This document shows, in pieces, positions 34,480-44,919 of a stretch of DNA of 64,000 nucleotides. How positions within the stretch are numbered: position 1 is the first letter of the stretch; the number at the start of each line of letters is the position of its first letter. The translations under genes and the position numbers were made by a program. This DNA comes from Acidimicrobiaceae bacterium (GTDB lineage Bacteria > Actinomycetota > Acidimicrobiia > Acidimicrobiales > Aldehydirespiratoraceae), in NCBI GenBank assembly GCA_009844405.1, contig VYBO01000022.1, positions 33,878-97,877 on the forward strand, written 5' to 3'. The notes beneath the pieces were generated by a model. It was not told the DNA's origin. It did no database searches and saw nothing but the letters and a program-made list of their open reading frames with translations.

Positions 34480-35759
34480 CCGAAATCGACGTTACGACAG
34501 TCGAAAGAACGGCGCGCTCCTCGCGGGCTCGCTCAATGCTGGCATCCACACTGTCGAGAACCGCAGCGATAGCTGTCTGCTCCTCGGGAGTCGGGAGACC
34601 AAATGTGTACGACGCCACATCATCTGGCCGCACTGCCGGATAAGCCTGTCCAGTTGTTGCCTTCTCGAGGTGGCTAGCGAAGGGAGCAGACATCACATGT
34701 TGGTAAGCGTATGAGCCACTGACACCCTGCCACGCCGAGAGTACAGCGAAACCCGACGACGCGATCAGGTTCGCTGGTGCCTCCCTAATGCGGGCGAAGC
34801 CCCGAAGGTTGGGACGAACAGTGCTGACTAGGATGTCCCCGCTCGCTACTCGTCGTCTCGCTCGGCTAGGTGCCCTGTCCGAATTGATCTCGCGAGCACC
34901 GAGACCGTGGAGGACTCCGTCAGCATGGAGACGCTCGGCTAGGTGCCCTGTCCGAATTGATCTCGCGAGGCTCGGCGACCTCACCCGGAGCGACGACTGC
35001 CGTCAAGTCAAGGTAGCGGATGGTCTCCGATTCACTCCCAAGTGACCACGAACATGGATTAATGCCGCACACATCCCCCAAGCGTACGGCCTGCCAGGAA
35101 GCGGGGATGGTGCCCACGCCGGGCACTTCCTTCCACTCTGAGTGCTGGCCGGGGAGACCTCGGGTCAGGAGTTCGTGAAGAAGGGCGTCACGGAGACGCT
35201 CGGTAGCTGCGATGACTTCGTCCGCGCTCTCGATTGCCTCGTCAATCGAGTCCAACACCGCAGCGATAGCTGTCTGCTCAGCCAGAGGCGGAAGTGCCAC
35301 CGGCAGAGACGAGTACTCGGTAGCGTTGATATTCGGCTGAGCACCTGCACGCAACATTGAGGCGACCCATCTGCGGTAGAACTGTCCGCGGGTCCAGAGT
35401 TCTAGGAATCTCGGGACGGCAGCGTTGCTCCGCGCCCTGAACCGAATCAGGTATCCCGCATACACACATGGGCCGTCCTCCGGTCGATAGAGATACGACC
35501 TGCCTACACTCCCACTCCTAGCGAAGAGCAGGTCGCCTGCTTGGAGTTCATAGCCTTCGACCCTCTCGGGATCGGCCGAACGAGCGTCAGTTCGACGAAG
35601 GTGGCCGTCATCCGTGATATCGGTGATGCGAACGTAACGAGGCTGGTTCGGGTCGAACGGTTGCGCCGGCGCGCCAGCACCGTACCGGGGAACGTCACAC
35701 ACCTTGCCGAGGCGGGCAATACGCCAGCCCTCGGGGACTTGGGTAGCGTCGATTCTCAA
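34433..35759 (-). pseudogene. hsdS: Type I specificity subunit HsdS (two target-recognition domains, TRDs), frameshifted by a 73-bp duplication in TRD2
   Basis: N-part (ORF 34920..35888, TTG start at 35759) and C-part (ORF 34433..34984) both carry the conserved region EQTAIAAVLDS(I/V)D. Both contain REINSDRAPSRA. Removing 73 bp gives a 417-aa ORF. Confidence 0.85.
34859..34969. repeat. 38-bp perfect direct repeat at 73-bp period inside hsdS
   Basis: CGCTCGGCTAGGTGCCCTGTCCGAATTGATCTCGCGAG at 34859-34896 and 34932-34969. Confidence 0.95.
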
Positions 35760-36260
35760 CTCGTGTAGGCGGGCTCGGGGAACCCGCGGACGGCTTCGGG
35801 TACCCGGACCTCGATCTCTACGAACTCGAACCGTGTAGCGACTGGTGGCACGTCGTCCCCGTGCTCCAGATACGACTCCATGATCCAATCCTCAATCGGC
35901 TCGTTGTGGTAGGCGATCGCCTCATCGATGGACATCTTGGGCGCCGGCAGCGGGTCACCGTCCTCCAGCATGCTCTCGATGTGGAACGTTAGAGGCCCCG
36001 CGGATAGGCGGGCGACCCGGCCCATACGGGGCGGGGCCGTGGCCCGAGCGGCCCGTGAGCGAAGCGAACAGGAGCGGAAATGACCACCCCGCGCCGCGAT
36101 CGGCCGCCGATCAATCCGCGCTCGCTCTTAGGGCTTCGTCGATCATCTCGAGCATCTCCTCCCAAGTGTCGCCGACGCTCACGCAGACAGGTGCATCAGG
36201 CACATATGCACACCAGTTGCTGGGGGCCTTCTCGAATACGACCGCGTACGTCAACTTCAT
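35756..36260 (-). pseudogene. HicB-family antitoxin paralogue interrupted by MITE copy D
   Basis: N-fragment MKLTYAVVFEKAPSNWCAYVPDAPVCVSVGDTWEEMLEMIDEAL (36260 down to 36111, stop in the element). C-fragment TFHIESMLEDGDPLPAPKMSIDEAIAYH (ORF 35756..36025). Both are collinear with the neighbouring hicB. Confidence 0.8.
35992..36127 (+). mobile_element. MITE/REP-like element, copy D, inserted in the hicB paralogue
   Basis: GAGGCCCCGCGGATAGGCGG ... core ... CCGCGCTCGCTC; TTA at 35989-35991 and 36128-36130. Deleting 139 bp leaves a 366-nt intact ORF. Confidence 0.85.
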
Positions 36261-36296
36261 TGGAACCGGTCCAGCACAAACGCCGAGCCTCGCAGA

Positions 36297-36668
36297 TCAT
36301 CCCACTTGGGCAGGCTCGGGGATCCCCCGGACGGCTTCAGGCACCCGAACCTCGATTTCGACGGGCTCGATCCGTGTCGCCAGAGTGGGCGGCTGATCGC
36401 TGAAGTCCAGTCCGAAGTCGCTGAGGTCACAGTCGTCGCCGATGAAGTCCAGATGGTAGGTTAGGGCCTCTTCGATAGACATCTTCGGTGCCGGGATCGG
36501 CTCCCCGAATTCCAGCATGACCTCTATATGGCCGGTCAGGGCCTCGTTGATCATCTCCAGCATGTGGTCCCATGTGCCGCCGACACTCACGCAGCCAGGC
36601 ACATCGGGCACATATGCGTCCCAGCCGTTGGCATCCCGGCAGAACACGACGATGTACTTCAGCTTCAT
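36297..36668 (-). CDS. hicB: HicB-family antitoxin
   Basis: 123 aa; MKLKYIVVFCRDANGWDAYVPDVPGCVSVGGTWDHMLEMINEAL is a typical HicB N-terminal domain; directly downstream of hicA. Confidence 0.85.
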   Translation of the reverse strand: MKLKYIVVFCRDANGWDAYVPDVPGCVSVGGTWDHMLEMINEALTGHIEVMLEFGEPIPAPKMSIEEALTYHLDFIGDDCDLSDFGLDFSDQPPTLATRIEPVEIEVRVPEAVRGIPEPAQVG

Positions 36669-36687
36669 GATCTCTTCCTTCTTGATC

Positions 36688-36862
36688 TCATCTCAAGCCC
36701 GCTTGCCGCAGGATACCTTTCCAAGTCTTCTCTGGCAGTTCCTTGCCGAGCGGGCCTGGAATCGTCACTGTGCCCGGCTTCACGGGATGCCGGAACTGGC
36801 GGTGGCTGCCACGCGTGCGGACATGGAACCAGCCGTCGCGCTCGACGGTGCGGATCGCCTCT

Positions 36863-36879
<17 letters not shown>
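36688..36879 (-). CDS. hicA: HicA mRNA-interferase toxin
   Basis: 63 aa; GWFHVRTRGSHRQFRHP core typical of HicA. The start overlaps the hsdM 3' end by 17 nt. Confidence 0.9.
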
Positions 36880-38401
<1,522 letters not shown>

Positions 38402-38403
38402 GG

Positions 38404-38991
38404 CTAACTCCTTTCGCGACCTGTCGTCGCGATGTCGGCAATCACAGAGTCCCGAACTATGTCGTGTCGGATCCGCACGGCTTCGAGCGCGGCGCGGCGC
38501 GATGCCGCCGCCGCCTCGGCCAAGTCTGCTATGCGCGGCAGCTCCGGTGCCGGTGGCACGACGACAGGCACCTCGCCCAGCGCCCCGGCCGACAGCGACG
38601 GCAGCGACGTCGCCGTGAATCGGGCGGCGACCTCGGCCCGCCCGAGGGTCGAGGTCAGGTAGTACCAGAGGTAGTGCGCCAGGCCCATGCCAGGATCAGG
38701 TGTCCTCACGACCAGGAGCGTCACCGCTGCGACGGTGCGGTGAACGCCCGGCGGCACCAGCGCCACCTTCGCCGCCCGCGCACGAGCCGCGACAACAAGG
38801 TCGAAGGGTTCCAGCAGATGAGCCGCCGTCCTGACGCCCTGTCTCAACCCAACCTCGCGCAACTCCCGCATAGACAGTTGATCGTCGAGAATGTCGGCGC
38901 TGTCGACAACGCGAACTCGCCAGTCGCCCCGCTGGGCCCCGGCGCCGCGACCAGCCATCGCCAGCCCTTGACGAACATCAGCGATCTCCAT
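38404..38991 (-). CDS. Half-size (single-TRD) HsdS-like specificity protein
   Basis: 195 aa from ATG 38991; LEPFDLVVAAR ... LLVVRTPDP ... AHYLWYYLTS ... LSAGALGEVPVVVPPAPELPRIADL is the TRD plus conserved-helix pattern. The stop lies 3 nt before the hsdM start. Confidence 0.7.
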   Translation of the reverse strand: MEIADVRQGLAMAGRGAGAQRGDWRVRVVDSADILDDQLSMRELREVGLRQGVRTAAHLLEPFDLVVAARARAAKVALVPPGVHRTVAAVTLLVVRTPDPGMGLAHYLWYYLTSTLGRAEVAARFTATSLPSLSAGALGEVPVVVPPAPELPRIADLAEAAAASRRAALEAVRIRHDIVRDSVIADIATTGRERS

Positions 38992-39095
38992 GAGGCGAGT
39001 CACTGTAGGTACTGTAGCCGTGGTAGGGTATTTTCTCAACACTTGCTCGTGTAGTTGCCTCGGACACCCTTGTATCGCCACCGGAAGGCAGAGCG

Positions 39096-39323
39096 ATGAT
39101 TTCAGAAGCGATAACCGGACGCCGTGTAGGCCGCAACACCGCGATCCAGGCATGTGGCGCGCAAGCCACCGCCACGGCGGCTTCTCCAGGCGAGGCTCTG
39201 GAGCCCTGCCAGCGAGCGATCCTGTCGGTTCTGAGCCTGTGGCCACGCGGCACCGATAAAGCCGCGGTCGCTCACCGCGCCGGCCTCGATGCCACAACCG
39301 CCGCTGCGCAAAGGCAACCCTAG
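39096..39323 (+). CDS. Hypothetical 75-aa protein, possibly winged-helix
   Basis: Only the ORF and a weak pattern (CQRAILSVLSLWPRGTDKAAVAHRAGLD) support it; sits in the lower-GC spacer next to the tRNA. Confidence 0.2.
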   Translation: MISEAITGRRVGRNTAIQACGAQATATAASPGEALEPCQRAILSVLSLWPRGTDKAAVAHRAGLDATTAAAQRQP

Positions 39324-39383
39324 CGGCCCATGACCGGCCCAGAGGCGATCCGAGTGTGGGACATATGGTTGGACAATAGCCGC

Positions 39384-39418
39384 AAGCCTGAGCAAGAAAT
39401 AGCGTCTGAAGCAGGCTT
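39384..39418. terminator. Hairpin AAGCCTG-N21-CAGGCTT followed by TTT, just downstream of the tRNA-Leu 3' end
   Basis: 7-bp perfect stem; T-run on the plus strand, A-run on the minus strand. Confidence 0.3.
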
Positions 39419-39432
39419 TTGATGATGATCCA

Positions 39433-39519
39433 TGGTGCCCGGAGAGGGATTCGAACCCTCACACCCTTGCGGGCGGCGGATTTTGAGTCCGCTGCGTCTG
39501 CCAGTTCCGCCATCCGGGC
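39433..39519 (-). tRNA. tRNA-Leu (anticodon CAA), class II with long variable arm, encoded CCA
   Basis: GCCCGGATGGCGGAACTGGCAGACGCAGCGGACTCAAAATCCGCCGCCCGCAAGGGTGTGAGGGTTCGAATCCCTCTCCGGGCACCA. Acceptor GCCCGGA/TCCGGGC, anticodon loop CTCAAAA, T-arm GAGGG-TTCGAAT-CCCTC. Confidence 0.95.
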
Positions 39520-39746
39520 CGTAGGCGCACGAGCCTACCGCTCGGGCACCAGGGCAGCGGCCGGCGGGCCGCTCGCGCCCGCGCAGCGCTAGCCTTGGAC
39601 CCTTGCGCACCAGCCGGCACGGCCGAGGGGGCTATCGCTACTGCCATGAGCGACCGTCATGAAACGCGACCGGGTCGCGCAGAGTCTGAACGTGAACCGG
39701 CCCAGAGCATCGGCGGGTCCAGTTTCGCGGTGAGAGGGCTCCACCG

Positions 39747-40922
39747 ATGATCGTCTTCATGTATCCGGGCCAGGGGTCCCAACAGCCCGGCATGGGCGAG
39801 CCCTGGACCGATCATCCCTCCTGGGAGCTGGTGGCAGAGGCGTCGGTCGCCTCCGACCGGGACGTCGCCCGCCTGCTTCTCACCGCCGGCGCCGAGGAGC
39901 TGACCCAGACCCGAAACAGCCAGCTCGCCACCTTCGTCATGTCCATGGTCGTGCTCGACGCGGTGACCCGGCTCGGCACCGAGGCCGCCGGCCACGCCGG
40001 CCACAGCCTCGGCGAGTACTCGGCGCTGACCGCGTCGGGCGTGCTCGACTTCGGCGACGCGGTGGCGCTGGTGGCCGAGCGGGGCGACGCCATGCAAGCT
40101 GCCGCCGAGGAGCGCGAGGGCACCATGGCGGCCGTCCTGGGCCTCGATGACGACGACGTGCTGATCGCCTGCAGCCGCGCTCCCGGCGAGGTGTGGCTGG
40201 CCAACCACAACGCCCCCGGCCAGGCGGTCATCGCCGGCACCCCCGAGGCCATCGAACTGGCCGCGGGCATAGCCCGCGAACTCGGCGCCAAGCGGGTCAT
40301 GCCCCTGCAGGTCGGCGGCGCGTTCCACACTCCGTTCATGGCGCCGGCACGCGACCGGCTCACCAAGGCCATCGACCGCACCGAGTTCCGCGACCCCGAA
40401 GGAACGGTGATCGCCAACGTCGACGCGGCCGCCCACAACCGGGGATCCGACTGGCCCGACCTGCTCAAAGCCCAGCTCACCAGCCCGGTGCGGTGGCGCC
40501 AGACGCTGACCTCTCTCAGCGACGCCGGGTTCACCAACTACGTCGAGCTCGGTCCGGGAGAGGTCCTGGGCCGCCTCGCCAAGCGCACTCTCAAAGGGAC
40601 GCGGGCGCTGTCGGTGGCCGTGCCCGACGATCTCGACATCCTGCTCGAGGCGCTGGCCGCCTCCCCTGGCCGGTCCACGACCCCTCTGGAGGGAGAGCAC
40701 CTGTTCGCCACCGAGCGGCTCGTGGTCAGTCCCGCGGCCGGCATCTTCCACGCCAGCGACGAGGTCGGCGTCGGTGCGGTGGTCGGCGTCGGCCATCTCG
40801 TCGGCCGCGTCGGCGACCACGAGGTCCGCAGCCCCTTCGCGGGAGAACTAATGGGTGTTCTGGCCCTCGACGGCGAGCGGGTGACGGCCAGCCAGCCGAT
40901 CGCCTGGCTGAGGACGAACTGA
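39747..40922 (+). CDS. fabD: Malonyl-CoA:ACP transacylase with an approximately 85-aa C-terminal biotinyl/lipoyl-like extension
   Basis: YPGQGSQ, GHSLGEYSAL active-site Ser, GAFHTP. The body ends near residue 305, then ...ERLVVSPAAGIFHA...VGDHEVRSPFAGELMGVLALDGERVTASQPIAWL. Confidence 0.9.
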   Translation: MIVFMYPGQGSQQPGMGEPWTDHPSWELVAEASVASDRDVARLLLTAGAEELTQTRNSQLATFVMSMVVLDAVTRLGTEAAGHAGHSLGEYSALTASGVLDFGDAVALVAERGDAMQAAAEEREGTMAAVLGLDDDDVLIACSRAPGEVWLANHNAPGQAVIAGTPEAIELAAGIARELGAKRVMPLQVGGAFHTPFMAPARDRLTKAIDRTEFRDPEGTVIANVDAAAHNRGSDWPDLLKAQLTSPVRWRQTLTSLSDAGFTNYVELGPGEVLGRLAKRTLKGTRALSVAVPDDLDILLEALAASPGRSTTPLEGEHLFATERLVVSPAAGIFHASDEVGVGAVVGVGHLVGRVGDHEVRSPFAGELMGVLALDGERVTASQPIAWLRTN

Positions 40923-40953
40923 TGGTATTGACTAGGGGTTCCGCAGGGGGGTC

Positions 40954-41877
40954 TTGATGGGCGCAACAGTCATCGGCATAGGAACATCACTGCCGGAGAA
41001 GGTCCTCACCAACGACGATCTGGCCGCGATGATGGACACCAGCGACGAGTGGATCCGGGAGCGCACCGGGATCCGCGAGCGCCGCATCGGCCTGCCCACG
41101 TCCACAATGGGCATCGAGTCCGGTCGGGCTGCGATGGAGATGGCCGGTGTAGAGCCCGCCGGTATCGACCTGATGATCCTGGCCACCACCACCCCCGACC
41201 AGCGCGTGCCGGGGACCTCGGCGGTGATCCACGCCGAGTTGGGACTCGGTTGCGGCGCGTTCGACCTGAATGCGGCCTGCGCCGGCTTCACCTACGGGTT
41301 CGTCACCGCGAACGCGATGATCGACGCTCCCGGCGGTCCCGAGCGGGTGCTGCTCATCGGCGCCGACTCCCTGTCACCGCTTACCGACTGGTCCGACAGG
41401 GGTACAGCCATCCTGTTCGCCGACGGCGGCGGGTCTGTCGTCCTCGAGCGCACGGACCGTTCCACGCTGCTGGGGTGGGATCTGGGAGCTGACGGCAACC
41501 ACCGCCGGCTGCTGATGGGCGATCACGACTCCTTCATCACGATGGAGGGCCGAGACGTGTTCAAGGTGGCGGTCCGGGCCGTGTCGGACTCGGTGCTGAC
41601 TGCCTTGGAGCGGGCGGGCGTCACGCCCGAAGAGGTCGATGTGCTCCTCCCCCACCAGGCCAACATCAGGATCATCGAGGCCATCTGCAAGCGCAGCGGC
41701 ATCGACTTCGCCAAGAGTCACAACGTCATCGACCACACCGGGAACAACTGCGCGGCCACAATCCCGCTCTCGATGGCGAAGGCCCATGCCGACGGGGCTC
41801 TCGAGCCCGGAGCGATCGTGGTGATGACCGGTTTCGGCGCCGGCATGACCTGGGCGTCCACGGTGGTCCGCTGGTAA
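40954..41877 (+). CDS. fabH: 3-oxoacyl-ACP synthase III
   Basis: DEWIRERTGIRERR, NAACAGF active Cys, C-terminal GFGAGMTWASTVVRW. An ATG at 40957 is an alternative start. Confidence 0.9.
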   Translation: MMGATVIGIGTSLPEKVLTNDDLAAMMDTSDEWIRERTGIRERRIGLPTSTMGIESGRAAMEMAGVEPAGIDLMILATTTPDQRVPGTSAVIHAELGLGCGAFDLNAACAGFTYGFVTANAMIDAPGGPERVLLIGADSLSPLTDWSDRGTAILFADGGGSVVLERTDRSTLLGWDLGADGNHRRLLMGDHDSFITMEGRDVFKVAVRAVSDSVLTALERAGVTPEEVDVLLPHQANIRIIEAICKRSGIDFAKSHNVIDHTGNNCAATIPLSMAKAHADGALEPGAIVVMTGFGAGMTWASTVVRW

Positions 41878-41881
41878 CGGT

Positions 41882-42631
41882 GTGAGCGACGGACGCGACG
41901 GGGGCGACGCACCCACCCCCGGGCGAGTAGCGCTAGTCACCGGCGGCAACCGGGGCATCGGGCTGGCCATCGCCCGCCGCCTCAGCCGCGCCGGGCACCG
42001 GGTGGCCGTCACCTACCGCAGCGAGCGGCCGGCCGACGCCGAGGCGTACAACCTGACGTGCGTCCGCTGCGACGTCACCGACCCCGAGTCGGTCGCGGCC
42101 GCCCTGGCCACCACCACCGAGCGGCTGGGAGCACCCGAGATCGTCGTCTGCAACGCCGGCCTCACCCGCGACGGGCTCGTTCTGCGGATGTCGGAGGAGG
42201 ACTTCGGCGCGGTGATCGACGCCAACCTCACCGGCAGCTTCCGGGTGGCCAAGCAGGCGGTGAGGGCCATGGTGAGGGGCCGCTGGGGACGCATCGTGTT
42301 CATCTCGTCGGTGTCGGGCATCGGCGGCCAGCCCGGCCAAGCCAACTACTCGGCCTCCAAGGCCGGGCTGATCGGCCTCGCCCGGTCATTGGCCAAGGAG
42401 TTCGCCTCCCGCAACGTCACCGTGAACGTGATCGCCCCCGGCGCGGTCGGCACCGACATGCTGGCCGCCTTGAACGAGGACCAGCTCGACGCCATCGTGT
42501 CGCGGGTGCCGCTGGGCCGTGTCGGCGAGGCCGACGAGATCGCCGCCGCGGTCGAGTTCCTCGCGTCGGAGGACGCGAGCTACGTCACCGGTATCGTACT
42601 TGCGGTGGACGGCGGCCTCTCGATGGGCTGA
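41882..42631 (+). CDS. fabG: 3-oxoacyl-ACP reductase (SDR)
   Basis: VTGGNRGIGLAIA, NYSASKAG catalytic YxxxK. Confidence 0.9.
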   Translation: MSDGRDGGDAPTPGRVALVTGGNRGIGLAIARRLSRAGHRVAVTYRSERPADAEAYNLTCVRCDVTDPESVAAALATTTERLGAPEIVVCNAGLTRDGLVLRMSEEDFGAVIDANLTGSFRVAKQAVRAMVRGRWGRIVFISSVSGIGGQPGQANYSASKAGLIGLARSLAKEFASRNVTVNVIAPGAVGTDMLAALNEDQLDAIVSRVPLGRVGEADEIAAAVEFLASEDASYVTGIVLAVDGGLSMG

Positions 42632-42697
42632 GGCGCCGCAGCAACTACAACGGCCCGACCGGATCCTGTCGCAAGCTAGGAATGGAAGGAAGAAGTC

Positions 42698-42934
42698 GTG
42701 AGTGACGAGAACTTCGAGCGATTCAAGCAGTGCGCCGTGAAAGTACTCTCGGTCGATGAGGCCGCCGTGGTGCCGGAGGCGGATTTCGCGGACGACCTCG
42801 ACGCCGACAGTCTCGACATCGTCGAGCTGGTGATGGCCCTGGAGGAAGAGTTCGACGTCAACGTCGACGAGGAGGAGCTCGAGGGTGTGGCCACCGTCGC
42901 TGAGGCCTTTGAGCTGATCACGTCGAAGCTCTGA
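42698..42934 (+). CDS. acpP: Acyl carrier protein
   Basis: 78 aa; DLDADSLDIVELVMALEEEF (phosphopantetheine Ser in DSL). Confidence 0.95.
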   Translation: MSDENFERFKQCAVKVLSVDEAAVVPEADFADDLDADSLDIVELVMALEEEFDVNVDEEELEGVATVAEAFELITSKL

Positions 42935-44121
42935 TGGGCAGACCCGAGCGCAGGCGGGTCGCAGTCACCGGCCTGGGTGTCGTATCGGCGGCCGGCATAG
43001 GCATAGAGGCCTACTTCGAAGGTCTGTGCAGCGCTGCGCCCGTGGGCGATCGCAGGGTGACGGATTTCGACCCCATCGACCATTTCGACAGCCCCAAGGA
43101 GGCGCGGCGGTCCGACCCGTACACGCAGTTCCTGGTGGCGGCCGCCGACCAGGCTCTGGCCCAGGCCGGCGACATCGAGGCCGATCCCACCCGTTGCGGG
43201 GCCATGATCGGCACCGGCGTGGGCGGGATCACCACGCTGGAGCAGCAGATCGGCGTGCTCCACACCAAGGGGGCCCGCCGGGTGTCGCCGTTCCTGGTGC
43301 CGATGATGATGGCCAACGCCGGAGGCGCGACCCTGTCGATGCGCTACGGCTGGATGGGCCCCTCGGAGAACGTGGTCACCGCCTGCGCCGCCGGGACCCA
43401 CGCGGTGGGCAACGCGGCCCGCCTCATCGCCGACGGCCGCTGCGACGCCGTGCTGGCGGGCGGCACCGAGGCCCCGTTCACGCCGGCCGCGGTGGCCGGA
43501 TTCACCAACATGACCGCCCTGTCATCGAGCGGCGTCAGCCGCCCGTTCGATGCGCAGCGGGACGGTTTCGTCATGGCCGAGGGAGCCGCGGTGCTGGTCC
43601 TCGAGGACTGGGACATGGCCCAGGCTCGGGGGGCGCGGATCCTGGCCGAGGTGCTCGGCTCGGCGTCCACCGCGGACGCACACCACATAACCGCCCCGTC
43701 GCCGGGCGGCAGCGGTGCCGTGCACTGCATGCAGCTGGCTCTGGACGATGCCGGCGTGCGCCCCGCCGACGTGGTCCACGTCAACGCCCACGGCACCTCC
43801 ACCGACCTCAACGACGCAGCCGAGGCCGAGGCCCTGTCGAAGGTCTTCGGCACCTCGCCGGGCCCGCTGGTGACCTCGACCAAGGGTGTGACGGGCCACG
43901 CCCTGGGAGCCGCTGGCGCATTGGAGGCGCTCGCGGTGGTGCTGGCCATGCAGAAGGAGCTCATCCCGCCGACGGCCGGCCTCACCGAGCTGGATCCCGA
44001 ACTGCCGCCCATCCATGTGGTGGCGGGCGAGCCCGCGCCCTGGGAGCCCGGAGTGTCGATCTCGAACTCCTTCGGCTTCGGCGGCCACAACGGCACACTG
44101 GTGATGGCCCCGGCCGCCTAG
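42934..44121 (+). CDS. fabF: 3-oxoacyl-ACP synthase II
   Basis: VTACAAGTHAVG active Cys, NAHGTSTDLND, GHALGAAG, C-terminal SNSFGFGGHN. Confidence 0.9.
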   Translation: MGRPERRRVAVTGLGVVSAAGIGIEAYFEGLCSAAPVGDRRVTDFDPIDHFDSPKEARRSDPYTQFLVAAADQALAQAGDIEADPTRCGAMIGTGVGGITTLEQQIGVLHTKGARRVSPFLVPMMMANAGGATLSMRYGWMGPSENVVTACAAGTHAVGNAARLIADGRCDAVLAGGTEAPFTPAAVAGFTNMTALSSSGVSRPFDAQRDGFVMAEGAAVLVLEDWDMAQARGARILAEVLGSASTADAHHITAPSPGGSGAVHCMQLALDDAGVRPADVVHVNAHGTSTDLNDAAEAEALSKVFGTSPGPLVTSTKGVTGHALGAAGALEALAVVLAMQKELIPPTAGLTELDPELPPIHVVAGEPAPWEPGVSISNSFGFGGHNGTLVMAPAA

Positions 44122-44136
44122 CAGGCGGCCTGCCGG

Positions 44137-44562
44137 TCAGGCGTCGGCGATCACGAACATCAGGTCGCACTCCGCGGCGACCCTCCCGTCCAGCAGCGCC
44201 CGGCCGGAGCCCCGTCCCGCCCGGCTCGACAGGCGGGCCATCTCCACTTCGAGCTCGAGAGTGTCGCCGGGGCGGACCTGCCGCCGGAAGCGGGCCCGGT
44301 CGAGCCCCCCGAACAGCGGCAGCCGCCCGGCGTAGCGCTCGTCGGCGAGCAGCGCCACCGCACCGAGCTGGGCGATGGCCTCGCACATCAGCACGCCGGG
44401 CACGGTGGGCAGACCCGGGAAGTGCCCCTCGAAGAAGGGCTCGTCGCCGCGCGGGCGCCAGCGGCCGCGGACCCGCTCTCCCGGCACCAGCTCCGTGACC
44501 TCGTCCACGAACAGGAACGGGTCGCGGTGCGGGATTACCTCCTCGGGTCGGGGCAGACTCAC
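44137..44562 (-). CDS. fabZ: 3-hydroxyacyl-ACP dehydratase
   Basis: IPHRDPFLFVDEV ... FFEGHFPGLPTVPGVLMCEAIAQ. Confidence 0.9.
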   Translation of the reverse strand: MSLPRPEEVIPHRDPFLFVDEVTELVPGERVRGRWRPRGDEPFFEGHFPGLPTVPGVLMCEAIAQLGAVALLADERYAGRLPLFGGLDRARFRRQVRPGDTLELEVEMARLSSRAGRGSGRALLDGRVAAECDLMFVIADA

Positions 44563-44643
44563 GGGTCGCCGCCGGGGCGGCCGGCGAGCATCAGCCTCGG
44601 GCTGCGGACAGAGCCACGGGTTCCGCCGCGGCGCTGGACCGGC

Positions 44644-44919
44644 TCAGCGCTTGACAGCGGACTTGAGCCTGGCGCCGGCCTGGATCTTCACGCCGGTCGA
44701 CGCCGGCACGGCCACCGCCTCGCCGGTCTGGGGATTGCGGCCCGTGCGGGCGGCCCGCTGCACCGTCGAGATCTTCATGTAGCCGGTCAGGTTGATCTCG
44801 CCTCCGGCGGCCAGCTGGTCACAGGCAAGCTCCATGAGTCCGTCGATGCACTTCGCGGCATCCGTCTGGGAGACGCCCGCCCTGAGGGCCACGTCAGCGA
44901 CAACATCACGCTTGTTCAT
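44644..44919 (-). CDS. hup: HU-family nucleoid-associated DNA-binding protein
   Basis: 91 aa; RTGRNPQTGEAVAVPASTGVKIQAGARLK arm motif. Confidence 0.9.
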   Translation of the reverse strand: MNKRDVVADVALRAGVSQTDAAKCIDGLMELACDQLAAGGEINLTGYMKISTVQRAARTGRNPQTGEAVAVPASTGVKIQAGARLKSAVKR

